64,000 nt of DNA from NCBI RefSeq assembly GCF_964204645.1, contig NC_134026.1, positions 6,347,950 to 6,411,949 of the forward strand, given 5' to 3'. The notes under the pieces are model-generated. The model made no database searches, was not told the DNA's origin, and worked only from the letters and a program-made list of their open reading frames with translations. The DNA is from Tubulanus polymorphus (taxonomy: Eukaryota > Animalia > Nemertea). This document shows, one piece after another, positions 1-12,822 of the stretch; positions within the stretch are counted from its first letter, which is position 1; every line of letters starts with the position of its first letter. The translations under genes and the position numbers were made by a program.

Positions 1-3000
1 AGTGCATCTGTTCAGAAAGATCCAGGTGTTAGGTGGAGATGATGGTTAATCGGGGGTTGATTGTATTTGTAGGTTGAATTAGAGTAAGCTCACCTTAATC
101 AGAGTTTTTCCACTGGACTGAATGAAAGCATGGATTGCTCCGGCCGGAATACAAATAATGGAACAAACCGCGATCATCCATCCTAGAGCTTCTCCCCACG
201 TCGGATACGTGTACCAGTCACCTTTACCATACGTAACCATCTTATACTGGACCCAACCAAATATCCAAATAGCCTGAATTAGAGTTTTCATCGGATTAAG
301 TCATCACATAACTAATGAGTCATCTATATTTTTTTAGTCTCAATCGGCTTTTGCAATTCAAGTAACTACCGTAAGTGAAAGTTGCGAAAGGATAAGTTGT
401 CAACAGAATGTTTGTCACAACTACAACGACTTAAGTGAGTTCAAATGATTCATTCAAAACCTCCATACTTTATGTAAAAAACTGCAGGACAAAGTTCTAT
501 CCGAAAGTTACCGGTTAAATTTGATCCATTTTCAGTGTCTAAATCCAGTTTCAGCGTCTCAACTGAGAATTGTGGGACTGAAGCCTCAACATCATATCTA
601 AAATTGGTACTTACCAAAATCAAAGCTGGTGAAAAGAAATACCAACAAACTTTAAAGAAAAGCTGTGGTTCTCTTCCCGTCATTTCTTTAACGTTGCGAG
701 CCAGTTTGTTAGCTCCTACATAAAATACAAAAATGGGAATTAAACATCGATTTACAAACGACAGGGAACGTTTAAAGATATCTACGTCGTCTCATACGAA
801 CCGTAAACCCAGGTTATAGCTACGACTTCAAAAAATGCCAGATACATGAGAGAAATACCGGCGGCAAAATAATCAATCAACTGGAAAAAGTAGATTCCTC
901 CCTAAAATATAAATATAATATCATGATGAGTAACTTTTTACGAGCAGTCCTGAATTATGATTAAAACTGACAGAAACTCCTTTGAATTACTGAAATCACA
1001 AATATTATTTCTATAGGTTGACAATGTATGATAACTCCAGTTTCACAAAGAAGTTAAAAAATTGATTCGCAATTAACTGAATTGATGGACTAATTAAATC
1101 GATTAGTGCTGTTACTTTTCCGTGAAATCGAGCCTCCATTCTTCGGTTAAAACTTACATTGGTGATATTAGGCAGTCCCAGCAGGAAGGCTATAATACAA
1201 ACTATCAGAACCACTATCTCCTTACGCTTCAGATATTTCTTAGCCTTGTCCCCAAGTTGATCTTGTAAAGTGGTGCAGATGACTTCAACCATACAAAACT
1301 ATCACGAAACAAGAGACAAACTAGAGACGGAAATTCAGAGAGGTTTTACCTATCGAGAAGCGCATTTTGTCTTTACCTGACTGTCGATGCCCAGACAGAT
1401 TAACATGATGAAGAATAAAGTCGCCCATAGCTGTGAGACGGGGAGAGTGGTGAACGCTTCCGGGTAGACAACAAACACAAGACCAGGACCTAGAAAAATA
1501 AAAACAACAATCCATCGTCAAATACTCCATGATATAAAAACGGACGCTGATCCTCGGTTAGACGAATTCAATCGGTAGTCTTCCCGCCACTCACGCCAAA
1601 AATACGTAATCAACCGAAAGAAGAATTTATGAAAGACGAAGAATTAAGACTAATTTGAGCGTGAAAATCAGTGCAAGATTGACGATCGAGAAGTGTTGAA
1701 CAAGTTGAACCAGTACGACACGCTGTCTCGTGGTCGCAGCCAAAACTTTTTAACTATTTCTTTTTTCACGTTTTTGTTTGTTTGTTTGTTTTTGCGTTCA
1801 CACGATTAGTTTACCTTGGGCGACAACATCTACAACTTCTTGGCCTTGGTTTTCCGCAATGTAACCGAGTATGGAGAAAATGACAAAACCGGCGAGAATG
1901 CTTGTAGCCGAGTTGATTAATGAGACGGTCATCACGTCTCTGTGTACAAATAAATCATCATCTAATTACAGTTAGAAATACATACACACAATACATTTAA
2001 ATATGAACTTCTTCACCATTGATAATAAAAGAGAATCCCGAAATAGTAACGAAAAATAATATCAAGTTCGGAATAATGAGTTATAACAGAAATAATGAAA
2101 TGTACATTCAATAAATTCTGTTTCTGTTGTAACTCGTTATTCTTGAAGATGACTATTAGTATATGGTCGAAACGTCGAATAAACTACTAGCTCAAGGAAA
2201 CATTTTCAGACTTTATATTATTTTTTGTTATCATTACTGGATTCTCTTGATATTATGAACTTCTTTCAAACAACTATCTATGAAATACAACAGTCGAACT
2301 CACTAAAGTTGTCATCTGGTAAGTCGTCACATTACTGAAATTCTCGGTGTTTTTAAGTTATTGATGTAAAGTGAACATATGACAATAGAAGCGAGTTTGA
2401 CGTATCAAAACACGCTTTCGTTATTCAATTACGTTAGCATGATATAGATTATTATATTAATTCAATTTCATCGGCACAGTTTCGCAAGCGATCGTCCACA
2501 CTTCAAGCGTGTTAAGCACACTTCACCCGAGACATTTTCAATCAAAAATGAACTACAAACACAATACATTAGGCATTTTATTGGCACACTTTGAAAAACT
2601 GATCTTCGAAGTACTTTTATGATGTGAAGGGATTCTACTATTATATAAATCATATTTCTGTCTAGGGCGTTCACATTGATACCTGCACTAGCGATATTCA
2701 CTGATTATATCTTATGCTATAGTAAATACCAAGGACCAGTTCTACAGTTGTCAGTCAACTACAACATCAGAGTTTAAATCAGTTCATATCCGATGTTTTA
2801 ATTCCTAGGTATCAAATCTTAACCGATAACTATGGAACTGGGTCTTGGTGTTTATGGAGCACCCGAGAAATGTTTAAAACGCAGTCTCCATTTCTATTGT
2901 TGTGAAGCTCTTTTTCACAATTCTCTCGATAATGAACGATAATTAGCAGCTCTCAACGAGCAGAACTGAATGATTGAAGTGGTCTCGAGTACTGACTGAC

Positions 3001-6000
3001 TGACTGACTGACTGACTGACTGACTGACTGACTGTGCAGTGAATTAGGCTTTTATCATAATACATACATGCATACACGCATTGACGGCATGAACGAACAT
3101 CAGGTCAAATGCTGTTGATCGAATTTCGATTGACTAGAATTTCATACACAGTTGTTTAATGATGATACGCATGCGGTGATCAATACGAAGCTCATATTCA
3201 ACTGTACGTGATAGAAATAAACAGCGCGATCGTTTCAATTCGAGCCTTACCGGAATATATTGTTGTTGAATTTGTTATAACTGGCCATCGCTATCAGAGA
3301 TCCGAACGCGATTCCAATTGAATTGAAGTTCTGAGCCGCAGCGTTTACCCAAACCTGAAAATAAAACATCTACCGATTTCACTTCATTCTACTTAACCCT
3401 TTCAGCGCTGACTAATCAATACCCTATAGTGCTGGAGATAATTTGAAAATTTTTAAAAATTCCACCCTAGTGTGTTGAATAACGGGAATACCACTATAGT
3501 GCGTCTACACTGCGGCGCGGTGTATCGTTAGTTACTAATATTTAACTATGTTTGACAGGTGCTGCCATTCTTCAATCAATACACCGCAGTGCGGTGTACT
3601 AGCAAACTCTATCACTGATTTATACACCGCACTGCAGTCTAGACGCACTGAAAGGGTTAATATATAATCCAAATACTAGGAATGGCTGAAATGTTTAACA
3701 AAATTATCGATTTCCAACAGTTACATGAATTCAAAACCGTTTCCAAATATTTCATCGGGGATTTTACATTTACAACACAGACTCGGTGTTTCGTCGATGG
3801 TTGTAGTTGTATTTCGTACCTTCGCATCCAACAAAAGTTCCCATTTCGGTTTGATGAAAAACATAATACCCTTTAAAGAACCCGGTAATGTGACGCCTCT
3901 AACTAGCAGTATGATCAGTACTATATACGGAAACGTGGCCGTAAAATAAACAACCTGAAAAACAAAACGTACAATTCTTGATTTGTGATTTCATTATCTT
4001 TTTCATGATCTTTTTGGAAAACATCGTACAATTTGTGCTTTTATCAGTTCTTTTGCGTGATTTTCCAAAAATATTTATATGGGGTCATTATGGGAGGTGG
4101 GAGGGGTCAGTACAATTGCTTACTGTAATGCTTAATGTATACGAAAAAATGGCCGATTTTGTGTACAGAGGGGGAGGGGTGGTTGAAAAATTCAAATTTT
4201 ATGCGTATGTAATTTATGAATGATCCCTATGGACAATGGCACAATGTTTCTGGTTTTCCAGTGCACTAGCGAATAAATATTTGATTTACTTTAAGATCAA
4301 TAGTAATAGGCCTTCGTTTTTAAGAACCTAATAAATGCGTACACACAAACACAATGTCAGGTGATGACATTGTCCCCCACATTAAGCTTCTTTACAAATT
4401 AAGATAATGGAACGGGGTCAGGCTTTAAGAGCCACTCCTGATGACTAAAGAAATGTTGAAGTTCTGAAAAAATAATAAAATTGTGACACAAGACAGGCCT
4501 GACTTAAAAATGGCCAAAACCAGAGACAAGTTCTCTGGATCTATTTCTTGGTAATTGTTAATTCCTGGGGGTCAGATTTATGAACCATGACTAACTTTAT
4601 AAATAGAGTTTACTTCGATTCATAGTCTATCGAATATACCCACGGATTAACAATGAAACTCAACTATAAAACCAGAACCTGATTATTACAGGGCTGCCAA
4701 CCTCTGAAAAGTGCTATCGGCAACAAATTGAATTTTTTTTCAATAAAATTTCATTGAAATATGAAAGATAAATTCTTAAATTAATCAGTTATCAAACGTA
4801 CGACCTCCAATAAAATGATATTTCATCTCGTTATAAAATAGTAACAATTACTGAAAACTAGGAACCGTTGGCAGCTCTGTTATCATAAAAATGATACAAG
4901 TTCACGAAATAGGCGTACGAGACGTAAAACGTTTTTTAAACCAGAAGCGCCAGCTCTTATGATCTATCGAATATGGTAATCGCGAATATTGACGCTACTT
5001 ACATAACCAGACTGTCTCAAGATTCAATTGATCAAATGATATATTTCAAAGGAAATTTTATTCAATTATGATTGATACAAAGATTTTCTCGCGGACGAAA
5101 GTATCATAACTGATACAATTTCGTGCACGTAACTGCTAAGCATTATATAAACAGGACTTGTCTCGCATCCATCTCTCTGAAAATTCTCAATTTTCACATT
5201 TATGAAACGTGTCGCCCGATATCAATAATCACTCGTATTACGTTTTACACATTGAAAAGAGAATAAACATCGAATACACCTGTCGTGCGAGCAAACTTAC
5301 CTTGCCACTCGACCTAACGCCTTTCCATAAACAGAAATACACGAGTATCCAACACAATATCAGCAACAGCAACAATTCCCAACGAATTTCACCGGGGAAT
5401 TCCAAACCCTCGGAAACGGCTAAAACTCGACGACTGGAAATAAGAACAAATAGAGCTATTCGGATATGGGGCGGGGTAGAAAAAAGGCTACTTCTCCCTA
5501 TTTACACATAGTGGAACCTCATTCTAACTAGCTAAGAATTTCATCCCAAATTTGAAATCACAATGAACAATTAGAATACAATGAACTATCTTTTAATATA
5601 GCGAACATATTTTCTGTTGTCCTGAAGTTCAATGTAATGATGAAGTTCTGCTATACATAGAACTATTGGTTAAAATGTAAAAGTTTTTCTGATGCCCTGA
5701 AGATAGCTGTAATCATAAAATTGCAATATGGAGAGGGAAAAATTTCGTACTTAAATTTTATCCGAATAATTCTGAATTCTTCATTCCTTAGTTTCTACGG
5801 TGTTCCCATTATGCTACTTAAATTAATTCATTGGTTACTTTCCCGACTGGCACAGTATAGGATATCTTAACGATTTACTGCACAGAAAAAGTTGACTATT
5901 TGGTGACATGTTTCAGTCGGTCTCTAGAATACTGGCGCCTTTGTTTCGACCAGAATACGCTCTACCTATTCCGGAATACCATAATCGGTAAACCTGATAG

Positions 6001-8119
6001 AAGCTAAATTGGAATTTGTTCAATCAGAATCTGCCTTAGAGTAATTTTAGAATTATAGGTAATAATTACTTGAAGAATTCTTCAGACGGCGAGACACTGC
6101 CGTTAGGTCGGATTGGGTACGTCATATTGAACGTCGTATTCGCCGACGATGAAACGGTGACGTTTCCCGAGATTGGATGACCATTCTGCTGCGAGTTCGC
6201 CCAACATTTATCCGTGTTCCATTCGTTGTTACAGGTCGCCCACGGCAACACCGAACGGAACGAACTGAACAGATAGAAGAACGCCCACGAGATGATAACG
6301 TTGTAGTACGTGCAGAGTAGAAACGACACGACGACCGTAGCCGCGCCAGCTCCTGTTAAAATATACGAATAAACGACCATCAGGTACCGACGACATTCAC
6401 CACTCACCAGGTGGCGCAATACTTCGCTTAGTCAAAATCTAAATTCATCAACGAAGGTATAAACAAGAGAACTCGAAAGTATATCAACACATATCGCTGA
6501 AGATCGTGGACAATAAACAATATATCGCATAGACTATAATATCAACAATTGAATATAGAATTGATCGGCAACCAGTCTAGCCCCGCTATATTGATGATGT
6601 AGTACACATCCTCGAAAAAAATCTATCAAAAATAATATAATACATGTAGTTATAAAATTGATTACAAAACAAACGCCAAAATTCACAATTGTAGTTGTTA
6701 TCTTGTAACGCCAATATTGATGATGTAGTGCCCATCCTCCAAAAATATTTATCAAAAATAATATAACACATGTAATCATAAAAATTGATTACAAAACAAA
6801 TGCCAAAATTCACAATTGTTTTTGTTATCTTGTAACGCCAATATTGATGACGTAGTGCACATCGACTCACACAGAGCCCCTTACGCATACTAGGTATCGA
6901 TGTATATGGACATTATCGTAAGGGGTTTTATGGCGTCCCGCACGCCATGGAAATGATTCTCTCTAATAGTAACCCAAGAGGACAAGCTGCAGGCCGACTT
7001 ACTGCACTATACACAGGCTACAGGCTGCCTCTACTGACACATGAATGAAACACTGCAACATTTTAATGGTGATCGATGACGTACCTTTAAACAAGGGACA
7101 GAGTTTAGTGAGAGCTCCGATTGGTCCACGTCTAGTGTACTGGCCAACTGCCAACTCCATATATAACAGAGGAATGCCACATAGAAAAAGCATGATGAAG
7201 TAGGGTATCAAAAACGCACCTAAAAATTAGAAAAATATTTTACTGAACTTATCATATCAAATCTCCGGTGATAATGACAAGCGAAGCGTCATATGATAAG
7301 AAAATGGACCTAGTTCAGGTCTCGACTAAAAAAATTGAATAATTGATTTCATTATGAGGGTAGATAAAGCTCTGGATCCAGTTCTACGGTTCTGGATAAC
7401 ATGGAGACGATTTAGCCCAGGCAGAAGTGGCCCGCATCAGGGCCGAGTCAAATTTGACCACGTGTAATTAAAGAGAGGACGTCCGCAAGTAACCCACTTA
7501 ATCAATACTAAACAATGCTTAAACAAAGCACAGTGGGTCACTTCCGGAACCAGCACAATAATTTGACCTGTGTTAAAATTTAGCTCGGGCCGGGTCTGAT
7601 GTCTTTGGTGGGGCCAAATTTGGATCGGGCCAAAAATGCTTGTATAATCGCAGCTCTAATTCCTAGGTTCTGAATCTTGTTCAGGATCTAGTTGTTCCAC
7701 AGTTCTGTAAATGAACTAATTTTCAAGTCAAACTTTACCGACCCACAAACGGGTCGTGGTCTTATGCGCCACTGAAGGACGAATAGAAGCAAGAGGAAAC
7801 TTTTTACCCACAACTCTGCGGAACTGTGGGTCCAAAACTAACAGAACCGGTATCCTAAAATAAAAATCAACTACTATGCATTGAAAAATAACTCACCCCC
7901 TCCACTCTTGTAGCAAAGATACGGGAATCTCCAGATGTTTCCGAGGCCTACTGCGTAACCGATACACGCCAACAGAAACTCGATCTTTTTACCCCATTGT
8001 TCGCGATTCTCTCTGAGCACCATTAGCTCGTAATCCGACTTCTCCTGCAGCCCTGATTTAGTGTCAACTTCATCGACATCGTTGTTCAGACACGACGTAC
8101 ACTCCACTTGTAAGTCCAT
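1..8119 (-). CDS. ine: Sodium/chloride-dependent SLC6 transporter, inebriated (ine)-like; multi-exon, 3' end beyond window start
   Basis: Spliced exons approx 8119-7897, 7219-7085, 6352-6070, 5433-5301, 3954-3820, 3354-3251, 1939-1815, 1489-1377, 1298-1158, 901-802, 715-615, 273-94, 7-<1, with GT-AG boundaries. SLC6 signature [43 protein letters not shown] and [23 protein letters not shown] resemble Drosophila ine as I recall it. Confidence 0.9.
2018..2250. mobile_element. Penelope-like inverted-repeat remnant carrying a hammerhead motif
   Basis: Inverted ends (GAGAATCC...GGATTCTC), flanking direct repeat TATGAACTTCTT (~2002 and ~2254). Same family at ~25788-26038 and ~56268-56472. Confidence 0.6.
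2137..2182 (+). ncRNA. Minimal type I hammerhead ribozyme motif (C3>U core variant, GUC triplet)
   Basis: TTATTC-TTGAAGA-T-GACTATTAGTATATGGTC-GAAA-CGTC-GAATAA: stem I TTATTC/GAATAA, stem II GACTAT/ATGGTC, palindromic minimal stem III. Confidence 0.5.
2733..2843. mobile_element. Short MITE of an abundant GACCCAGTT...AACTGGGTC family
   Basis: TIR-like GGACCAGTTCTACAG / CTATGGAACTGGGTC. Related ends recur at ~7374, 7684-7832, 39764, 48735, 50061, 55278, 55890. Confidence 0.55.
2991..3034. repeat. (ACTG)11 microsatellite
   Basis: Perfect tetranucleotide run in an SLC6 intron. Confidence 0.95.
3397..3656. mobile_element. piggyBac-type non-autonomous element (MITE)
   Basis: TTAA-CCCTTTCAG...CTGAAAGGG-TTAA: TTAA duplication at 3393-3396 and 3657-3660, CCC/GGG termini, internal inverted sub-repeats. 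Confidence 0.85.
4081..4227. mobile_element. PIF/Harbinger-like MITE
   Basis: TIR GGGGTCATT / AATGATCCC with a 3-bp TAT flank on both sides. Confidence 0.55.
4689..4879. mobile_element. hAT-like MITE
   Basis: TIR CAGGGCTGCCAAC / GTTGGCAGCTCTG; no clear target-site duplication. Confidence 0.55.
6589..6863. repeat. ~126-bp tandem repeat, about 2.2 copies
   Basis: TATTGATGAYGTAGT recurs at 6589, 6715 and 6842 with near-identical intervening sequence; explains the ORFs at 6534-6888. Confidence 0.85.
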
Positions 8120-9075
8120 AGTAGCGTTGGTTTTCTCTGTTCGGAGTCGGTTGTCGGAATGATAGTTCTCTATGAATCGAAAAAAAAAAAAATGAAATGT
8201 ACTTATATCAATACAAAGCTAATTAGGGTGGAACAAGGCACAAACTCGGCAATAAATAAATTCAGTTATAAAGGAAGAAGATTTATACACATGCTAAAAA
8301 GTTGACCCAGCACCAAGTCTGTATCAGGGTTAGAATAATTAATTCATGCAGATTTTGTGAAGCTGTTTTCCGGGACAGCGGAGACATTCAACCGAGCTAT
8401 GTTAACGATGTATATTAATTGTTGGATAACGATCGTGTTGCTATAGACACAGTCAATCGATATTAGTCAATGTATAGCAATATAGGTATACCGGGTGGGG
8501 TGGGGGGTAAGAACTAATGACAGCGCTCAGAGTAAATTATTCTATATCAAAACTAGTTATAGTACATTTAATCTTAACGATGGCACGGGTTAACGACTCT
8601 TTCGAAACTTATAAGGCCAATAGCCGGGACTGGACAGACATGGAAAGAACTAGTCTCGTCACTATAGAACCCTACATGTCTAGAATGGGCAACCAATTGA
8701 ACACTCCAGCCCAGACTAGTAAAGCACTGCATAGAACAGAGTGAAGAACCTACACAAAACCCTCTCAAAATTTGTCAAGTACTCCCGATGAAATTCATTC
8801 TAAAATGTACGATGACCTTAATTTCCTTCCGATAGTTGAAAAAAAAAACACCTTTTGAAACAAATCCAATTATAGAAAAAGCATGTTATTTTTGCTGATT
8901 TAATATTTCCGAGGCTAGGCAATTGCGGTACGTATACAAATATAATTGAGCCCGTATTATAAAAACTCGCAATAACGCCAACGGCTTTCCTTGATAAAAA
9001 ACGAAAACACAAAGCCTGTTCATAAACTGGGGGCCAAACAAAGATTTTCTGTTATTTACAGGTAAGCGTAACATA

Positions 9076-9506
9076 AGCTGCGTTCACATTTGGATTTCAG
9101 TTGTGTTCACACTTGGAAATTATTCGAAGCCTATTCGCGGCTTATTCAGTTCCATACTGAAATACGCGGCTTATTAAGCGCGGAATGCGATTCCGCGTCG
9201 AAAACCTGATCTCAGTACGGTACCGAGCTGGCCGTGTATTTTCTGTAGTATGAACCATGGACTCTAAAGTCTTAGAGTCCATGTGTGAACGCAGATTTGG
9301 CGCTTGGCTAGCCGTGTATTTACATCCGCTGTAGTGTAGTGAAATACACTCAACACTAATTACACTACCCTCTACGGGCACATCCAGTGACTACTATACT
9401 GGGCTTACTAAATGCCGAATTGCTGACTCTACGGGTGAATGTAACTGGCTCGTGTAAGCGCCGTATTTTGGTGAATTCGGGCGTAAACGAATGTGTGAAT
9501 GTGGCT
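9076..9506. mobile_element. MITE family B, copy 1 (3-bp ATA TSD, Harbinger-like)
   Basis: TIR AGCTGCGTTCACA / TGTGAATGTGGCT flanked by ATA on both sides; reverse-complement homolog of 10336-10750. Confidence 0.8.
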
Positions 9507-9995
9507 ATACATATCAGTCTTCAAGATAGCGGACACATTTTGTAAACACAAGTTCAAGTTTTGGTCAAATGTTCAATACATTAAATTGGCATTCATAAAA
9601 GAATACAATGCTTCAGAAACAATTGAGTTGCTCGTAGCCTCAATACAGTCATTGGCTTGCTAGGCAACCACAACAGTGGCTCCGACTCCAGAATAGTAGG
9701 GATATCATATCTACTGGTAGCCAATCCTGGAGGCATTGATTTACTCAAAGTCAAAGAGAATCTATTTATCTTGCCTCCCAATGTAAAATACCAACAGGAT
9801 ATACGTGTACACCAACATTTTGTATACTACACTTGAAATTTGATCTGAAAAACTTTTGTAACTGGGTTCACTACAGGGATACTGTATGCTAGCGTTAAGT
9901 GCCCTTTAGCTTTGTAGGCCTATGACAGATTGTATCGGTGTACTTTTTCTATGCAAATAAACTTTGAATTGAATTGAATGGACCATAGGCATATC

Positions 9996-10762
9996 GGGTT
10001 TGACTATTTCACATGGCTCAGGATGACCTTTGAAAATGGCGTCTTTTTCAATTGGATTTACATAGGGCCTAGAGGGACCAGAGGGTTAGGGCCTAAAGTT
10101 CTGGGGGTTGGGATTAGAGTAAGGGTAAGGTGTAGGATTAGAGTTAGGTTAGGCATTATAATAGGGTAGGTTAGGGTAAGGCTATAGCGACTCCGACAGT
10201 TCGGCTTCGAGGCTCTGTTGGTAGAGCGTTACGCTTACACTCTCTGATGTTTTTGAGGTCCAATCCCAACTTTCGATGTTCTTCTTTTGAATTTTCTAAG
10301 TGTGATATAAAGGTCATCCTTAGACATGTGAAATAAGCCGCGTTCACACTAGATTCGTCGCTTACGAAGTACCGTACTTCACTGGTGCCGAATTCACCAA
10401 AATACAGCGCTTACACAGCAATTTACGTTCACAGTACCAGTCCAATTCGGCACTTAGTAAGCCCAGTATAGTAGTCACCCAGATTGCCAATAGAGGAGAG
10501 TGTATTTAGTGTTTTGTACTACGAGAATGTGAATACGCGGCTAGCTAAGCGCCGAATCTGCGTTCATACTACAGAAAATACGCCGCCAGCTCGGTACCGT
10601 ACTGAGATCGCGTTTTCGGCGCGGAATCGCATTCCGCGCTTAATACGCCGCGTATTTCAGTACAGAACTGAATAAGCCGCGAATAGGCCTCGAATAATTT
10701 CCTAGTGTGAACGGTTAGTACCGTACTGAAAGCCTAACGTGAATGCAGCTATAGTCAGACCC
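9996..10762. mobile_element. Mutator-like MITE with 9-bp TSD, containing telomere-like and tRNA-like segments, interrupted by MITE B
   Basis: ~36-bp TIR GGGTTTGACTATTTCACATGGCTCAGGATGACCTTT; right TIR split at ATA (10333) by an insertion; flanks AGGCATATC / ACGCATATC (8 of 9 identical). Confidence 0.75.
10336..10750. mobile_element. MITE family B, copy 2, nested in the right TIR of the Mutator-like element
   Basis: AGCCGCGTTCACA...CGTGAATGCAGCT with ATA duplicated (10333-10335 / 10751-10753). Confidence 0.8.
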
Positions 10763-11638
10763 ACGCATATCGAGCAATTCAGATTAGGGGTTCCCCAAAA
10801 CTTCCTGGGGCTACTTGTACAAACATTTTTTACGGTGGTTTGGGGCTTCTGGGGTCTTCCGAAAAATTTGAAAAAAAAAGGATCATTTTATGAGCATCCT
10901 AGAATGATCCCATAAATGAAATGATCAGCCTTGAGGATATTTCACATTTGAAAATAGCTGAAGCTGTAAAATCTGTTCATCAGTCTATTCACACATTCAG
11001 ATACTCCAAAATCATTTACATATTCATTTCTGAATTACATGCATTTTCAATGCAGAACGGTTCATATCAAGTTACATTTCAGTAGAAATAATCGGACTTA
11101 ACGATAAGGGCTCAACATTCTATTCAACATACACACTTCATAAATAATTCATTTTCAGTACCAGTCGCGCTCTCACCCACACTATAGGCTTACTGTAGTA
11201 GACACTTTAAAGCGCACAGTGAATAATTTTATAATTGCATTACATTACATATTTACTGGTTTAGGTGCTTCATCAATATTAATATGGATGCCGGTGTTTA
11301 ATATATTTCAATTTCAACTCTTTATTCTGAATCAATTATAGGCTTAACACGCTATCATAGGTCTCATAATAGGCCTTTATGATTTACTTAATCCTTGGAG
11401 TTCAAATGATTACTCCAAGCTCTATGTATTGCTATAAAACCATAGCAGTATAGCAGTACATATGTAAATGAATATGAACTCTCTTATTGCTGGTCCAGTC
11501 AGTCCAGTGTAACTACCGTATGTTTAGTAGAACTGCTGCTGTTGTCAGCGTTGCAGCTGTCCCTTTCTAGGTCAATGATACTATAGACTTGTTGGTTTGG
11601 GTAGAACACCAGGTTGATGAAAACTTAGGACTCAAGTC

Positions 11639-12822
11639 CAGGGGCAGATCCAGGGGGATTGGGGGTTCCGATGGTTCCGGAATACCGTCAAGCTTTGTCT
11701 GAACCCCTAGGAGATGCCCCTAAATCCATGGATTTGATGTAAAAGTGCCCTCATTTGGCGTAGAAGTAAGTGCCCCTAAAAACCACAAGTTAGATGTTAA
11801 GTGCCCTTTTTTGCCGTGATTTGACATAGAAACTCCCCCATAATAGTTAGTGCCCTTTTACAATTCGGAACCCCCGCGAGATAGGGCCCCGGATCCGCCC
11901 CTATTATTTATTTCCTCGAATTCAAGTACCTCAATTCGACAACCAATGAAACTTGTGCAGCCTCAATAGAAATGTTGTCATATTTAGACAACTTTCAGGG
12001 GATGGGTAGACAGTATTGGAAGGAAATTTAAGGGCACTTTTCTGATCTTAGGGCACACCCAGTATCCAGGTCAATGCGAGCGCCGAAGGCGTGAATTCCT
12101 TAGAGGGGGGTCCGACCCCCAGAAAATTTTGAAAATATGGTACCATTTAAAGGCTTTTAGAGGGCTTCTAGAGGCTAGCAGAGCAATCCAGAATAAACGA
12201 ATTCGAGACAAGATTTCAACACATGCGGATAAAAAATGAAGCTGGCGAACCCATGAAAGAATGGTTGTCGCCAACTTTGCCTAGTGCCCCTATAATCTTT
12301 AAAAGTGCCCCTTAACAATTATACAGAATACGGCTAAGTGCCCCTTCATTGTTAACAATCGGCAAAAATTGCCTCGTCTTCACATTTATCCTTATGTCGT
12401 GTGCCATCTTCCAAACCAAAAGTGCCCCTAAAATTTTAAAAATTAGGCAAAAAAGTCCCCTTTTCTTCAACATTTTCCGCGTATAGTGCCCTCTTGTAAA
12501 GTACGAGTGCCCCTTTAGCCCTCCCTGAAAAGGCAAGGAAGGACAAGGTGCCCTCATCTAAAGCATGAGTGCCCCTTGTAAAAGGAAAGTGCCCTTTTTA
12601 ATTTATCATGATTAAAGGCTTTACAAATATGATTATCTCTCCTCACTTTCTTGGCAGCAGTATATACTGATTAATTTTATAATTATGCCCGGATTACGGA
12701 CACGGAATTAGCGGTTGCTGAAATAATGCCGTCAAAAATATTGCCGGTGAAATTTCGAAGGGCACTTAAAAATTCTAGACCGTATTGGGCAATACGGCTA
12801 ATACGGTCTGGATCCGCCCCTG
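11639..12822. mobile_element. Cluster of hAT-like non-autonomous elements rich in AAGTGCCC subterminal motifs
   Basis: CAGGGGCAGATCCAG (11639) pairs with GGATCCGCCCCTA (to 11903) and CTGGATCCGCCCCTG (to 12822); many dispersed GTGCCC motifs; TSD not resolved. Confidence 0.6.

Noticed and set aside
10080-10185. Interstitial telomere or chromosome fusion site
   Set aside because: Highly degenerate, short and enclosed by TIRs with a TSD, so it is transposon cargo.
9142-10675. Similar ORFs 9142-9381 (minus) and 10484-10675 (plus)
   Set aside because: The similarity reflects two copies of the same non-coding MITE, not a gene family.
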